64,000 bases of DNA. Origin: Hydrurus foetidus (taxonomy: Eukaryota). Position 1 is the stretch's first letter. Every line of letters begins with the position of its first letter. The translations under genes were made by a program, and so were the position numbers. Shown here one piece after another: positions 44,485 through 57,237 of this stretch. The stretch lies in NCBI GenBank assembly GCA_900617105.1, contig UYFQ01000511.1, positions 1 to 64,000 of the forward strand. The letters run 5' to 3'. The notes under the pieces were generated by a model that searched no databases, had not been told where the DNA came from, and worked only from the letters and a program-made list of their open reading frames with translations.

Positions 44485-47400
44485 TCAAGGGGAGAGGTTG
44501 ACGATATTTGACGACGTCAGTTGCCTCCTCTTGTAGAACAGAACGTAAGCGGACTCTGTATCGTCATTGACACGGTAATGGGTAATGGCAAAGCAAGGTA
44601 CGAGTGACGTTACAAACATTAAAAAGGAAAGAGATCGATATTGGGGAACTGATCAAAGGTAGTGCGCTCGTATGAGATGTACGGGAACGTGACGTGGCTT
44701 ATTCGGTATCCATACAGAGAGTGCAAGTGCCAGACAGTGAGGGAGGCCGAACAGTACATGCAGTGTGGTGCACTGCGATGTAATATACTGTATAGTGGAG
44801 TGGAGTATCGTGTAGTGCAGTGTAGTACAGTCAAATGCAGTGTAGCGTGATTAGTATAGTGTGGTGCAGGATAGTGCAACATGGTGCAGAGCAGGGTGAT
44901 GCAGTGCATTGTAGGTTGGTGCGTACCTGAGACTATTGTGGCTTCGAGTGCGTTAGGGGGAATAACCGTTACGACATCGTCATCAAACAGAGTCCACACC
45001 GGCTCCGGCTTCTCAGCCGGTAGGGCGGGGTGTCTGTCATTAGATGCGGATCGGGCTATCTCACTGCTGCTGTTCGCAGGCCGTATGGCGTGGATCGGAG
45101 TAGTGTCGCTCTCACACTTGACCATGGCTGTGTAGTGGCCGCCACTCATGCCTCCCAGATGATTCGCAACAGCGTAGAGGTCGTAGAGGTACATGTTGTT
45201 GTCATTCTCGGCGTCACTGCTCTCCTTTACTTTATCTGATAGAGGTAACGAGTGAGATACAGCAGGAGGGGGAAGCTGTCAGCATGAAGACGTTTTATTT
45301 CGTCAGTGCTTTCAATCCAGGTATTCTGTTCGCTAGCAGAGTGTAGTGTGATGTAGTATAGAAATGCACAGAAGTCGACCTTTAGCGGAGGACAGACAAT
45401 AGACATCAATGTCACGCACGTAAGTGCACGTAACAGAACGAAGGGGTGGGATGGTGCGACAAGCACAATGACGAATAAGAACAAAACAGGTGAGGACTGG
45501 ACAGGGCAGAGGAAGACAGAGCAAGGCATGGTTGAAGACACATTTCCATTGTAGCGGGATATGCTATACCTGCGGAAGTGGAGGGGGTGATGAAAGGCTT
45601 CATGTCAAGAGAGGTCAGTGGGAAGGTCACTTTTGCCCTGATCTTTTCTCTGAATCTAGCAGTCATGCCAAAGCGCTTGATATGCATGATGAGGAGATCT
45701 GGTAGGCGGGACAGAGAGCTGCTTACTGAACTGCTGGAGAGCTTGTCACACTTCTCACAGTGCCAAGAGTTCTCGTCTAATTCCTCCGCCCCTGTGAAAG
45801 ATTTCAGGCAATCTTCAAGGGTAGGGTTGAGGTTGTTAGGAATCATTGTGGCAGCTGGTGTGGGAGATTTGGCGTCAGTGTGCATAGGGAGCTGAGAGGT
45901 ACTGGGAACGGGACTCAGACATTTTCTCTCCGCAATTCCCGCACCCTCCATCGAGATGTTCTTAACCGGTAATGGCAGCGGTACAGCTGGTGCGGGTAGA
46001 GAGGGAATGAGGGATGCCATGTGCTTGCTGATTGACTCATGGTCCCTCAGACTGACCAGTCCTCTGCTCTGTCTGCTAGTGGATGCAATTGTGTTATTCC
46101 AGTGCCAGTCTACAGCCACTAACAGTCGGGAGTGCACAAGATTGCACAGAGGCCTGACCGGATCTCGGGGGAATAAGCTGCCTTCCCACATTTGAAATCC
46201 ATTCGCTCTGTCCATGACATTGCTGTAGTACGGCTCATTGTAAATACCACTCCACCTCCTCTTGTTCAATAGAGGTGACTTGTTGCTCGACTCTCTCAGG
46301 GACACTGATGGGGACGCTCTTCCCTCGTCCTTGTCCACCAGTCCAAGGTCCACCTCAAGTCCTTCTAAGCTCTCCGAAGCCAGAGCAGAGTTGGTGGATA
46401 TAATGCGGATAGTGAAGGGGGGTCTAGTTTGGTCACACACCGGCTGTGCGTTGTAGCAGCCCGCCTCGTGTGCCTCCTTAATAGCACACGCTCTGTTCAA
46501 GTTGGATTCTACCATGTTTTTCATTTGGCCGTGTTGGGCGTATCTTATGCTCTGTTCCGCTATAATCCGGTGAACGTGTTCGCAGCTTCTGAAGGACTCA
46601 CACTGGAGCACGATGGGGTAGCCAAAGATCTTCACGTTTAGCACTTTTGGTACGCCTGGCTCATGCGGTGTGGGAGACCCTGTAGGCGTGACCGTGCTGT
46701 TGCGAAGTGAGATTTGTCTCTGCACTACTATCACGTCTACCACCTTCAGTCTACGTGAGCTGTACGTGTACACTCTTGCTACTTTTCCGAATTCAAAATC
46801 CGCTGCCGAGTACCACTCATCCCATTTTCCACTAAAATTATCAAAATGGATTCTAAGGTGCCATCCTACAGCTTTTGGACCTCTGTTTCTATCTTTTTCG
46901 CGATTGAGACTAAAACTGTTCCGATTAGAATTCATGAGGCTCATTTCTGTCTTGCTCTTTCTTCTACTCTTCATCGTGACGCCCACTTGTGTGATAGGGT
47001 TGACAGCTTCAGTGGCGAGCTGAGAGAGTTCGTCCGGAGTGACCTTCCACCTATCCATGATGGTACCTGCAAACCACTGCCCTCTGTGGTCTAACGCATC
47101 GACCCTTCTCCCTAACACTAGGCCCTCTATGCTGAGTGGCCACTTAGCGAAGCCGGAGCTGTCCTTCTCCTTGTCCTTCTCCTTGTCTTTTCTGCTGCTA
47201 CTCTTCGGCGCCCTTTCTTCCTCTTTTTCTACATGCGCAGATGCTGTACCCGCGGGCACTTCTATGTCCAGATCTGCCACTATATCTCCCTCATCACTCG
47301 CATTCACCCCCTCAAGATACTCGCACTCGTCGGTATACGCATACGGGTTGAGAGCGGAAGGAAGGGGTGTTTTGATCTGCCCATTTTCCTTGTGACCGGA

Positions 47401-48214
47401 GGTGTCTTCTTGACCGGGTGTGGCCGGTTTCTCCGCAGCATTTGCAGTTGCACTAGCAGCAGTTGAAGTTGAAGTTATGTTGAGGCCAGCACATCCACTC
47501 CTAGAGCCTAGTCTACTGGAAGAGAGGGAGAATATGAACGGAATGTTCTTGGGATTTTCCACGGCCACACAGTGCAGCACCATGCCTCCATTAGAGTTCT
47601 CCTGCATCGCTGCTGCTGGGTCCGCTTTGCTGTGTGGGTGGACGGGGGAACTGAAGTTGACACTATCGGACCGGAACCTGGCCGATCCTGTCCTACTAGG
47701 TGTGCCTTCACTGACAAGTCCATTGCCCATGTGAGTGTCCACACCAGTTGTACTGCGCTGTGAAGAGTTAGCACCAGTTGCTGCTGCAGCTGCTGTACTT
47801 CTGCTGATGCTATCTATCAATTGGAGAATGCTCTCCCTATCTTCGAGAACATTCCGAATTAGACCCCCTTCTTGATAACAGTCCAACAATGCGATGTTAT
47901 CCGGTAGGAGAGTGTACGGCATTGTAGTCGCCCCTTTGAAAGACTTGTCCAAGGGGGTAGGAGACAACCCCGACCCGGATCCCGAAGAGGAAGAAGGAGT
48001 CTTTGGGGGTGTAGGTGAGAGTGCTAAGCAGATGGCTTTCTTTAAGTCGGACATGTCGGACAAACGTGGCATCACGACCACCAGTCGAATAGGCTCGCTA
48101 GCATCTCTGTTAGTGACGTGCGGAGGAATACCAAAAGTGTTAGATGTGATAGTCTAAAGGACAAGATAGAGCAATAAGTAAATAAATAAATAAATAAGTA
48201 AATAAGTAAATAAG

Positions 48215-48261
<47 letters not shown>

Positions 48262-51200
48262 ATACATACATTAAGAAAGAGAAACTAAAATAAAAACGCA
48301 AAATGGAGGAATGAAAGTGATAAATAGAGGAAGCGGATGAGGTAAACCAAGGAAGAAGATAGAGGGTGTTACTTACATTTGAGCATTAAGGAATCTGTTG
48401 GCAACTGAAGAGTACGACGTGTCAGCAGCCAGTGCTCTATTCAGAGCCACTGCTGATAGTCTGGGCATCCTCCGCACCATAGTGACGATGACGGTGATGT
48501 CGTGCTTGACTGGAAGGGGAAGGGAGAGGGAGGTGAAGGGGTCGAATGTCTTGCTCACATTGCCGCACACGTTGCACGTTACAGAAGAGCAGAGTTGTCC
48601 TTGGAAGAGATCCATGACGCAGCTTCTGTTGCGAGATAGGTGCTGCTGCCATGCGATCACTCCTTGCTCCTAAATAGAAGAGAGTAAAGGAGAATATGAT
48701 GCGACATCATGAGAGAGTAGAGTGAAGGAGAAAGTAACATATTGTATAGGAGGAGAGTAAGGCATTGTGTTACGTAACGCGAAGGACAGAGAAAAGAAAA
48801 ATTGTAGGTGACATGAAATTGCAGAAAAGAGAAAGCAAATCATAGTAGGGCAGGAGAAGCACTTAGCGAGTGATGGATTGAGATATAGAGGGGGAGAATG
48901 CAAATAGAAATAAACGTTTCCATGGGAGGGTTGAATTGATATGATACGACACGACTCAATTGTATGCCTCATTTCGAGCAAGTCTACATAGTATGAATGT
49001 TGTATGTATGCGATTTAAGATAGAAGTGGGATGTCACCTGTAGTGTCAGAGTGCATGTAGGAGTGTTCTCTTCCTTCTTAGCGTTCGTTTCATCCAAAGA
49101 CAGAGGAGAAAGAAGATTGACAACAGGAGACACGGCTGCTACTGACTCCAGTTCCTTCTTACTCTCCTTTCCTTTATCCCTCCCTAACTCGTCCCTTCTG
49201 TCTCTATCTGATGCAGACTCATTATTAGCGACATGCAAGGTGATTAACCTCTTTCCGTTCTGTCCTGTTAGTTTTTTCCAAGCCATGGAGGCGGAGGCAG
49301 CTACAGTGTTAGAGGGAATCTCTCCATTAGACTCTAAGTGACCCGCTGTATATCGAGTGCATCTGTTCAGATCTTCGTGCAACGCATCCTGGGAAATGAA
49401 AGGGGTCAGGGTAGGATAAGAAGCAGAGACAGTGGGTGTGTTATTCAAAAAAAAGTGAAAGTGAAGGTGAAGATGATGGGACTGAGCAGATCAGGGCTTG
49501 GGGTAGGATGCACTTCGCACTTCTATCTCACGGACACTAAGACTAACATATTTTTTTCAGTATTTAATAGTACCCACCTCTCATCTAATAGTACGTACTT
49601 CTCATCCAATAGTACGTACTTCTCTTCTAATATTACTTTCTTCTTAATTCGCAGAGGGTAATCATAATCTAATGATAAGTACTCTCTATCACAGAACGTA
49701 CGTGTTGTACTTACCATTATTTCTGCTAGGAATTCTTGTACATCCTGTTGTTCGTGCCCTTGAAATTGACTTTTGCATGTCTGTAGAACCCGTTTGAAGT
49801 CATGGGGTGCAAAGCAGGGGGCAGGAACCGCTGTCACAGCCGTAGATGTGATGTCGATATTCATGGAGGAAGAGGAGGGAGTGCTTTGAGCTGATCTGAG
49901 TTGTTTCTTGTACAAGTTATTACTGCTTTGTCCTGCTGCAGTAGAACCTTTTGATTTCTGAGCGCACCTCCACATGGACTCTATCAGAGCAGCAAACTCT
50001 TCCGTAAGCACTCCTTTTGTTCCTAACGGATTACGGGTGTTTAAATGATCCTTGTATTTCCCAGACACGAAATAGTCTTTCACTAGCGGGGAGTGTACTA
50101 GGCACTGTAATGCAGAAGACATAAAACACGTGTTCCCCAGATTTATCAGACCGCACGTGGAGGAGTAGAACACTTGAGGAGACAATCCAGAAGTTAAAGT
50201 GGTGGAGTTGGTATTTGACCTCGCTCTGATAGCTGCTGCACTGTCCTGCGTATTTGAAGTTCTATGCCCTGTCTGCCCTGTCTGACCGTGTGAGCTGAGG
50301 GAAAGTGCGGCCAATATGCTGGACGAGAATGTAGGTGATGTCATGTTGTTTGTGGACATTGTCTTGGGACCCAAGGTGCGGGCATGGTCCACATTTGGCA
50401 GGGAGTCTACGGTAGTCCCGGTCCCGGCTGACCCGATACTCACACCGTCCGGATCTTCAGGGGGGAGTGATAGGCTGGGCAAGTCTGAGGTGTGTGCATC
50501 TGTGGTTGTCGTGGATAGACTAGCAGGTGTGAGTTCATCGACTGCATTAGAGGGAGTTATGACTCTGTTGTTGATCTTGCGGTGTCTGGGTGCCCCTGAT
50601 GGACTGGTGCTCGCAGAACGTGTAACATCGTCAGGAGGAACACTGCCGTTGCTGTTCTTCTTATTCTTCGCATCACTCTTAACTGCTTCCTCGCTGCTAC
50701 TCGTTCCATCCTCCCTTGGTAGCTGTGCTGCTGTGGCAGCGAGGAGGATCTTCGCCTCTGTCTCCAGAGCTGCTGCCGCTTCTGCTGCTGTGATGCTCTC
50801 TTGATGATGCAGTACAGCACGCTTCTCCATCTCAATCGCCTGAGCAGCCACGACAGACAGCTCCCCCATGTCATCCATAAAAACAGACAGAGATGCGTTG
50901 AGATTGTGGGAGGTGAAGAGACAAGAAGAGATGTCAGCTGTGGTGCCGGGCACTTTGATGTTTAATGTCTGGAACGGAGAGCCTTTCTCACTGTCTTCTT
51001 CAGGCACACACAGCATGGAGAGAAAGACAGGAAGTGTTAGTGGGAGTACAGCATCAGAGAGGGTCACGAGGGGTACTCTGGGTGTGTTTGTATTAGCAGT
51101 ACGTACTGCAAATGTGTACAACGGTCTGTTCTTCTCATTCGCCGTCTCCGTGTTAGGAATGTCCTGACTCTCAATATCCAGGATGACGTTTGCTGCTTGA

Positions 51201-53452
51201 CTGACAGCACTGTCGATGCTTTCGTTAGACGCTTGTATCGCCTGAGACACTATGAGAAACCGCACCAAACAATCCAATCCCATCTGAGTCAGCGCTAATA
51301 TCTCCCCAGAATCTTCTTTCTCCCCACTCGTCGTCCACGTGGATCTTGGACTTCCTAAAACCAAAGATATTTCCCTTGGACTACTGCTGACACCTAGTGT
51401 GTCCATGTAGACAGGAGACCCAGGACCTGGAGGGACAGTAGTCACTCCAGCGGCCGCATCTCCACTAATGCCCTGTCGAGCAGGGACTGTGGATCCGTCA
51501 GATTCCTTCAATGTGCCCTCCATGTTAGGTACGGGTTCAGCGAATAGAAGAAAAAGCAGTATGAGCATTTCTTCTCTACTCCCCTTGCCGCCAAGACTGT
51601 GGGTCGTTGTTGTTTGTAATGAAGGAGTGAGAGGGAGATGGAAAAGGGTGAGAAGTGGCAAGTGGGGGGAAGGGAGGGAGGGAGGGAGTGTCATCAGATA
51701 GGAGTTAGGGCTGTAGGCATACAGTGAGGTACTGGAGCACTATTTTCCATGCAAGATAAGGTCAGGTATAGTGCTGGTTCTATAGTGGTGGGTGTTGCGA
51801 CAAATTTAAGCGCGAGAAGAGATGCACAACATAACATTCACAATTTGACTGATGCTTGATAACGATAAGTAATTACCACACCAGACATCAATACAAAAAA
51901 GAAAACGGAAACGTAATAATGCTTCACGGTAAATATTCCTACATTGCAAACGCTCTCCCAAAATCACGGAAATCCAGATTAAGCGCGCTCCCTGATCCAT
52001 ACGTCTCTTCTTCCGCTCTATCTCTCTTCAAGTCGACATCCGCTGCCACATCCGGTCGACGAATGTGAAAATGAAAGGTTCTGGTTCTCGGACTCTGGAC
52101 CTTAATCATGGAATCAACCGGTGATATGGCTATTGCTAGTGTTTGTACACACAGAGCTTGGTAGACCCCTTTGGCTGTCAGACCCCACACAGGAACGCAT
52201 CTCTGAGGCTGAGAGAACAATCCTGGCTTTGTTGGACTGGTCGGCTGGGAGAATGGGACAGGACTGAGGGGTCCTGCGAACCTGTTGGCTGATGATGGCA
52301 GAGATGCTGCTATGCCGCTGTTCGCTGCCTCGCACACATATGGTGACGTGATTGCGTCCTAGGAGCCGTGACGTATGTGTGTGGCGGTCAGTTGGTCGGT
52401 GTAACATTATGAGTCACAGAGCGACACACACAGTAGGAGAGAAAAAAAAGTAAACGTTTAACTAATATGTGCTTCGTATTAGTCATGCAATGCATTATAT
52501 TGCGAATGAGCAATGACGACCTACATTTTTGTTCGGCCTGAGACGCACTATCACCGGTGCGGGTATCAGGGAGGAACTCGGACCTACAGATTCCGCAAAA
52601 CAAGAAAACAGTGTCGACTCGGAGGGGGCGGACGGTCCGGGGTGAGCGCCAGCGAATGTTATTCCTACGAATGTTCTGTATGGAAAAAAATTGATGATAT
52701 TCCGAGTAATCAGCGTATGTGTGAGCAACTTACTTGACATGCTGATCGGGAATCAAGCATTAAAAGCATATTCTTGGGAACAAGTTTAGTGGATAGTTGT
52801 GGAAATCTTAGCTACTAATTATCTGAGTCTGATCATATGCTATAATGTTGAAGCATATCACTTACCCAGATCCAGCAACGAAGATTCTTTTTGAAGTCAT
52901 AGCAGAGAGAAGAACCTCTACAGGTAGGCGCGTGCTATCAGACGTGCTCGCGGGCAATTGATTACGTCCCTTGACAGTCGCTGGTCGGAGCGGCTTCGAA
53001 ATTTGTAAATAGTCTTTGAATAAACCCTGCATTTATTGCATGTAGGAATATATGTGAAGTTCCATCGAGATGGAGCACAGAGTCAACATCGAATGCCCTG
53101 AAATGAAAAATAAAACAAGGCCACTCACCTGAAGATAAAAAACTTCCGATGCCTTCCATCTATTGATAATTGTGTCTACACGGTCATCATCTTGATGTGA
53201 CCAATAAGAATTGGATCGCAGTGCTGCGCTACTACTTTTGTTCCCTGCATCAACACTCGAAGTGGTAGCACGTGTTGCGACGAATCCAACGACGCGACAA
53301 AGAGGTTGCGACGCTACTTGCTTGCCAATACTAGCGGGCGAGACGATATTGTTTGTAACACCATTATTTGGACCAACAGCCTTTCGTGACGGATTCACTT
53401 CCCCTTGTTCAGCTTGCTGCGACGACGACGAGCGAGAACAGCCCCCACCCAT
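44485..53452 (-). CDS. Ubiquitin-specific protease (peptidase C19), large, multi-exon
   Basis: GLINLGNTCFMSSALQCL, QQDVQEFL, DLFQGQ..C..C, HIKRF, YDLYAVANH.G....GHY, FDD, AYVLFY. The link to the 5' exons (MGGGCS start) is plausible but less secure. Confidence 0.9.
48173..48263. repeat. (TAAA/TAAG)n intronic microsatellite
   Basis: Direct reading. Confidence 0.9.
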
Positions 53453-54041
53453 TGAATATCAGTGCACTGAATGAGATCAAAATCTCATGAATATGATGTC
53501 AAATCGGAATTCCGGCTGCTGGCTGAGGAATCGTACGAGGATGCCGTTCTAAAAAGCTACTAAAAAATTATTCACAGCCCGAAGCAATCCTGGAAGGGAC
53601 CTGAGGCAATTTTTTTGCAATCAGAGCGGAAAATTGCCAGTGAATGATGAGTTTTGGTAGCTCGTAATTAACTAGGAGATGTCAAAATTTATTGTGTACC
53701 GTTGGAAGGCGCTTCCAACAATCTTCGCTGCTGCATGAGCAAAAACAACGAAAATCTCGTTACGGTACTGTACACTGTACACTGTACAGTAGAGTACGAA
53801 ATATTGCTCAGCGTGTACAGTACGATCGTCCCTCATGTCCTCCTCTATGTCCTCTGTCCCTCTTCCCTCTCTCAGCCTTGCACTTTACACTTCACATTTT
53901 ACATTTTACACCACTCCACTGTGAAACCCCCAACGAAGTCGAATATTTGATTGTGATAAATTCAAAGGATATTATCAATGTTGGATGCTGAGACACCTGC
54001 GACGCATGATGAGGTTGATCTTCTGTATGCTGTGAGGGACG

Positions 54042-55373
54042 ATGTTGCTGGATGTCGCTGCTTTCCGTTTAAGGGACGTTCTGATATTACTTTTTCTTTG
54101 CTTTGCCTCTTCGGCAACGATAAAGCGCGATGGATCTTGCAGACGTGGAGTCAGCGGGGCATCGCCTGTATTGCAATCAACGACGATGATAACTGCGACT
54201 GGAGAATGTCTTGCAATGGGGCGGAAGAGCTTACTGTATACAGCGATAACTACAGCTCTTACATGCGTCCTCCCACTGACGTCTGATGCGAATCATGTTG
54301 AGGATGGTCCGCTTCTACCGATGAAAGCTGCGAACGGCACTTTTGGGAATATTGTTGGAGTGTTCTCTCCTGGGTATAAGATAGATGCGGAGCAGTACAG
54401 CTATCTAGTACATCCCTTCACGAAGTTGATCACTGCCGAAGCAGCTAGTGATGCAGACAGTACGATAAGTTCACTGAGGAATGATGCGAATCTCTGCTTT
54501 CAGGTGGGAACGAAAAATTGGGCAGTTGATGTCAATGATAGAATGAAGGAAAAGAAATATTCCTCATTACTTTTTATGGGTCATTCAAGGGGAGGGGCAG
54601 TGGCTGCGTTAGCTGCTGCCATTCATCTGAATTCGACCACTCATTCAAATGCTATCAGTGAAGTGATAGGAGGCAGGAACATTCCGCACTCTGCTCCTAT
54701 GAAGTCAGTGCTAATACTCCTTGATCCGGTTGATTCATCAGAAGGATTCGTTCTGGAGGAACTTAGGAAGACTATGAGAATAGCAGATTCAAACAAAATT
54801 GGGCCTACTTCAGTAATAGGAACTAGCAAGGAGCTAGAAATCACAAATGTCAGATCACAGTCATCTTCAGCAGAGCAAGGAACTTCTAGCGGTGGTTGGC
54901 CCTGGCCCGTACTGATCGTGTCCACCCCATTCGGAGGACAGAGTAAGTACTATAAAGTCGCATACGAAAGCTCTTGTTCTCCCGTACATCGGAATGGTGA
55001 TGCCTTCGCAAGAGCTTTAAGAGGATACAGTGCTGCTTCCTCTGATGGTGTGTCGCATCCAGGAGATCGAGATCGGATCAAGGGCTCTCATGTTGTGCAT
55101 GTGCGACTGCCAGATGTTGGCCACACACAGCTGCTTCAGAATCGGAAGAAGTCAACAGTAGGATCTGTGTGTGTGGCCAATGAGAAGATATCCGATGAGG
55201 ATGTGAAAGGTCTGATATCTTCTCTCGCCCAGTCATGGGTGACCGTCTTCGGAGCTGACTACACGGAATTAGAATCATTGTCAGGATTGGATGACGTTGC
55301 GGGTAAAGTAGAGGAGCTGAGAGACGTGATAGCAGCGATCTATCCGGAGATAAGAACCGAATGGTCCTTTTGA
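54042..55373 (+). CDS. Chlorophyllase-like alpha/beta hydrolase, single exon, hydrophobic N-terminus
   Basis: GHSRGG nucleophile elbow, LLDPVD, SCSP, VGH (Ser-Asp-His arrangement as in chlorophyllases). Confidence 0.75.
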   Translation: MLLDVAAFRLRDVLILLFLCFASSATIKRDGSCRRGVSGASPVLQSTTMITATGECLAMGRKSLLYTAITTALTCVLPLTSDANHVEDGPLLPMKAANGTFGNIVGVFSPGYKIDAEQYSYLVHPFTKLITAEAASDADSTISSLRNDANLCFQVGTKNWAVDVNDRMKEKKYSSLLFMGHSRGGAVAALAAAIHLNSTTHSNAISEVIGGRNIPHSAPMKSVLILLDPVDSSEGFVLEELRKTMRIADSNKIGPTSVIGTSKELEITNVRSQSSSAEQGTSSGGWPWPVLIVSTPFGGQSKYYKVAYESSCSPVHRNGDAFARALRGYSAASSDGVSHPGDRDRIKGSHVVHVRLPDVGHTQLLQNRKKSTVGSVCVANEKISDEDVKGLISSLAQSWVTVFGADYTELESLSGLDDVAGKVEELRDVIAAIYPEIRTEWSF

Positions 55374-56207
55374 TTTTAGGAATCTATGATCCAAGGTCCA
55401 CAGTAGATCTTGCCAACCCTTTCAAACGAGCGCCTTTCTTCGCAACACTGTACTGTACTGCAATAGGATATAACACTTAGAGCAAAAGTGTAACCATTTT
55501 CTTGTTGCGTCTTTATCGGTTATATCCTTTCTCATAGCTATCTAATAGCTGTGACCACTTCCCTACTTCTTCTTTCACACGTCCGTGAGTATTAAGTACT
55601 GATTGAACCATTGCTTTTTTATCGTTGAAAACCTAATTTCGTTGATTGTGAAATCTTTTTTTGGCGTATGAGAGTTGCATCCTCTTCGTCAAAGGACAGA
55701 AATGACGGATTCACAGGGAGAAAAGAACAAAAGAAGAGTTTCTTCTTTGTGATGTAAATCTAAAAGTCCTTCCTATCCAGTGTGACATGAGGAAGCTGTT
55801 ATTGGACATCTTCCACCAATATCCATATGCAATATCTAGGTCCGAGATAGTATCCAGACAAAGGGATGATAATTACTGAAGGGAGAGATTCAAGTAAGTT
55901 GAATGTTCGAGGGGAGAGCAGTACAGTGGGAGTCACCAGTCAACGGAATTGCACTATCTCGATCTTCTGTACTCCGTACTACGATAGGTATACAGTACAG
56001 TATACAGTTTCGAGTTACGAAATGGATGTCGACAAGTGGGTCAAACTACCTATTTCACATCCTTCTGTGGCTTGTGCTTGTGGCACTTCGTAGTTTGTCT
56101 GAAAGTGCCAAGAGTACCATATTAAACATTGAAACCTGTATCTCACCTCAGAGGTGCAGCCGCAGTAGGAACTGTCTCTCCTTCTGGTTGACGCGAAATT
56201 ATAGACA

Positions 56208-57199
56208 ATGGGGAAGCAAGTCTTTAACGTCATGCGCTTAATGCGTATCCAACTGAAATCTGGTTATGTAAAGGTGGAGCCTGAGGCATACACTTTCATG
56301 AAGCGTTATCCTCCTTTGACTCGTGACTCTGCCAAAGTTATTAGGAAAGTAGAAGTCACGACTATTCCATATTTGAGGCTTTATGAGGACGCATTGGCTA
56401 AAAATCCAAAATTCATTGATGAGCGCGTATACCCTGCATACTGGCAACAGGAACCAGTTGCGATGACCCTGGCAAAAAAACAATACGAAATGATGAGAAA
56501 GGGACTTACTGAAGAGGAGGCATATGAGGAGGCCTTAGCTTATACAGAGACACTCGAAAGCAAAGCATATGAAGAGATGAAAAGAGTAATTGACATGTCT
56601 GGTAATGCTGACGCATTAAAGCCACTAGAGAACGACCCTGCCTTTGTCAAGACAATGAAAGTGTACTCAACGATTCTTTCGGAGGTAGACTATGAAGATT
56701 TAGAGGATCATGATCAAGGAGAGCTCGATCACATGTTGCAGACGAAAGTATTAAAATGGACCGAAATTGAGAGAGAGCGGAGAATGAAAGATCCTGTCTT
56801 TGCCATAGAATTTGAAAGATTACGAAAAGCCATGTTCCCAATACAATCCAAAGTCAGCATGCTCCGGAAGCCGGAAAAACGTCTGGATTCGATGGAAGTT
56901 CTCATGGACCTCTATCAAGTTGACGAGACGAAGTTGTGCACAAATGAACCCTTCTATTATGATGACTACATGTTCCTTTTCGAGAAGGCGAAGGAAGAGC
57001 CTTTATTAGGAAGATGGAGTGTCAGGGATAGGCAGGAGTTATCTCGTTGGATCACAGACACTCTTGCCCTTCGAGAGATTGTAGAGAAAAGGGAGACAGG
57101 AGTAGTGCAGAGATATCTCGACGATTTGAGGGCGCAATTTTTCCCAATGGTTCGATATCCGGACAGAGCGCATTCGTTCTCTCTTCCAGACATGGGTGA

Positions 57200-57237
<38 letters not shown>

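Noticed and set aside
45490..48157. Many plus-strand ORFs opposite the USP exon
   Set aside because: Antisense shadows of a long coding exon with no recognisable motifs.
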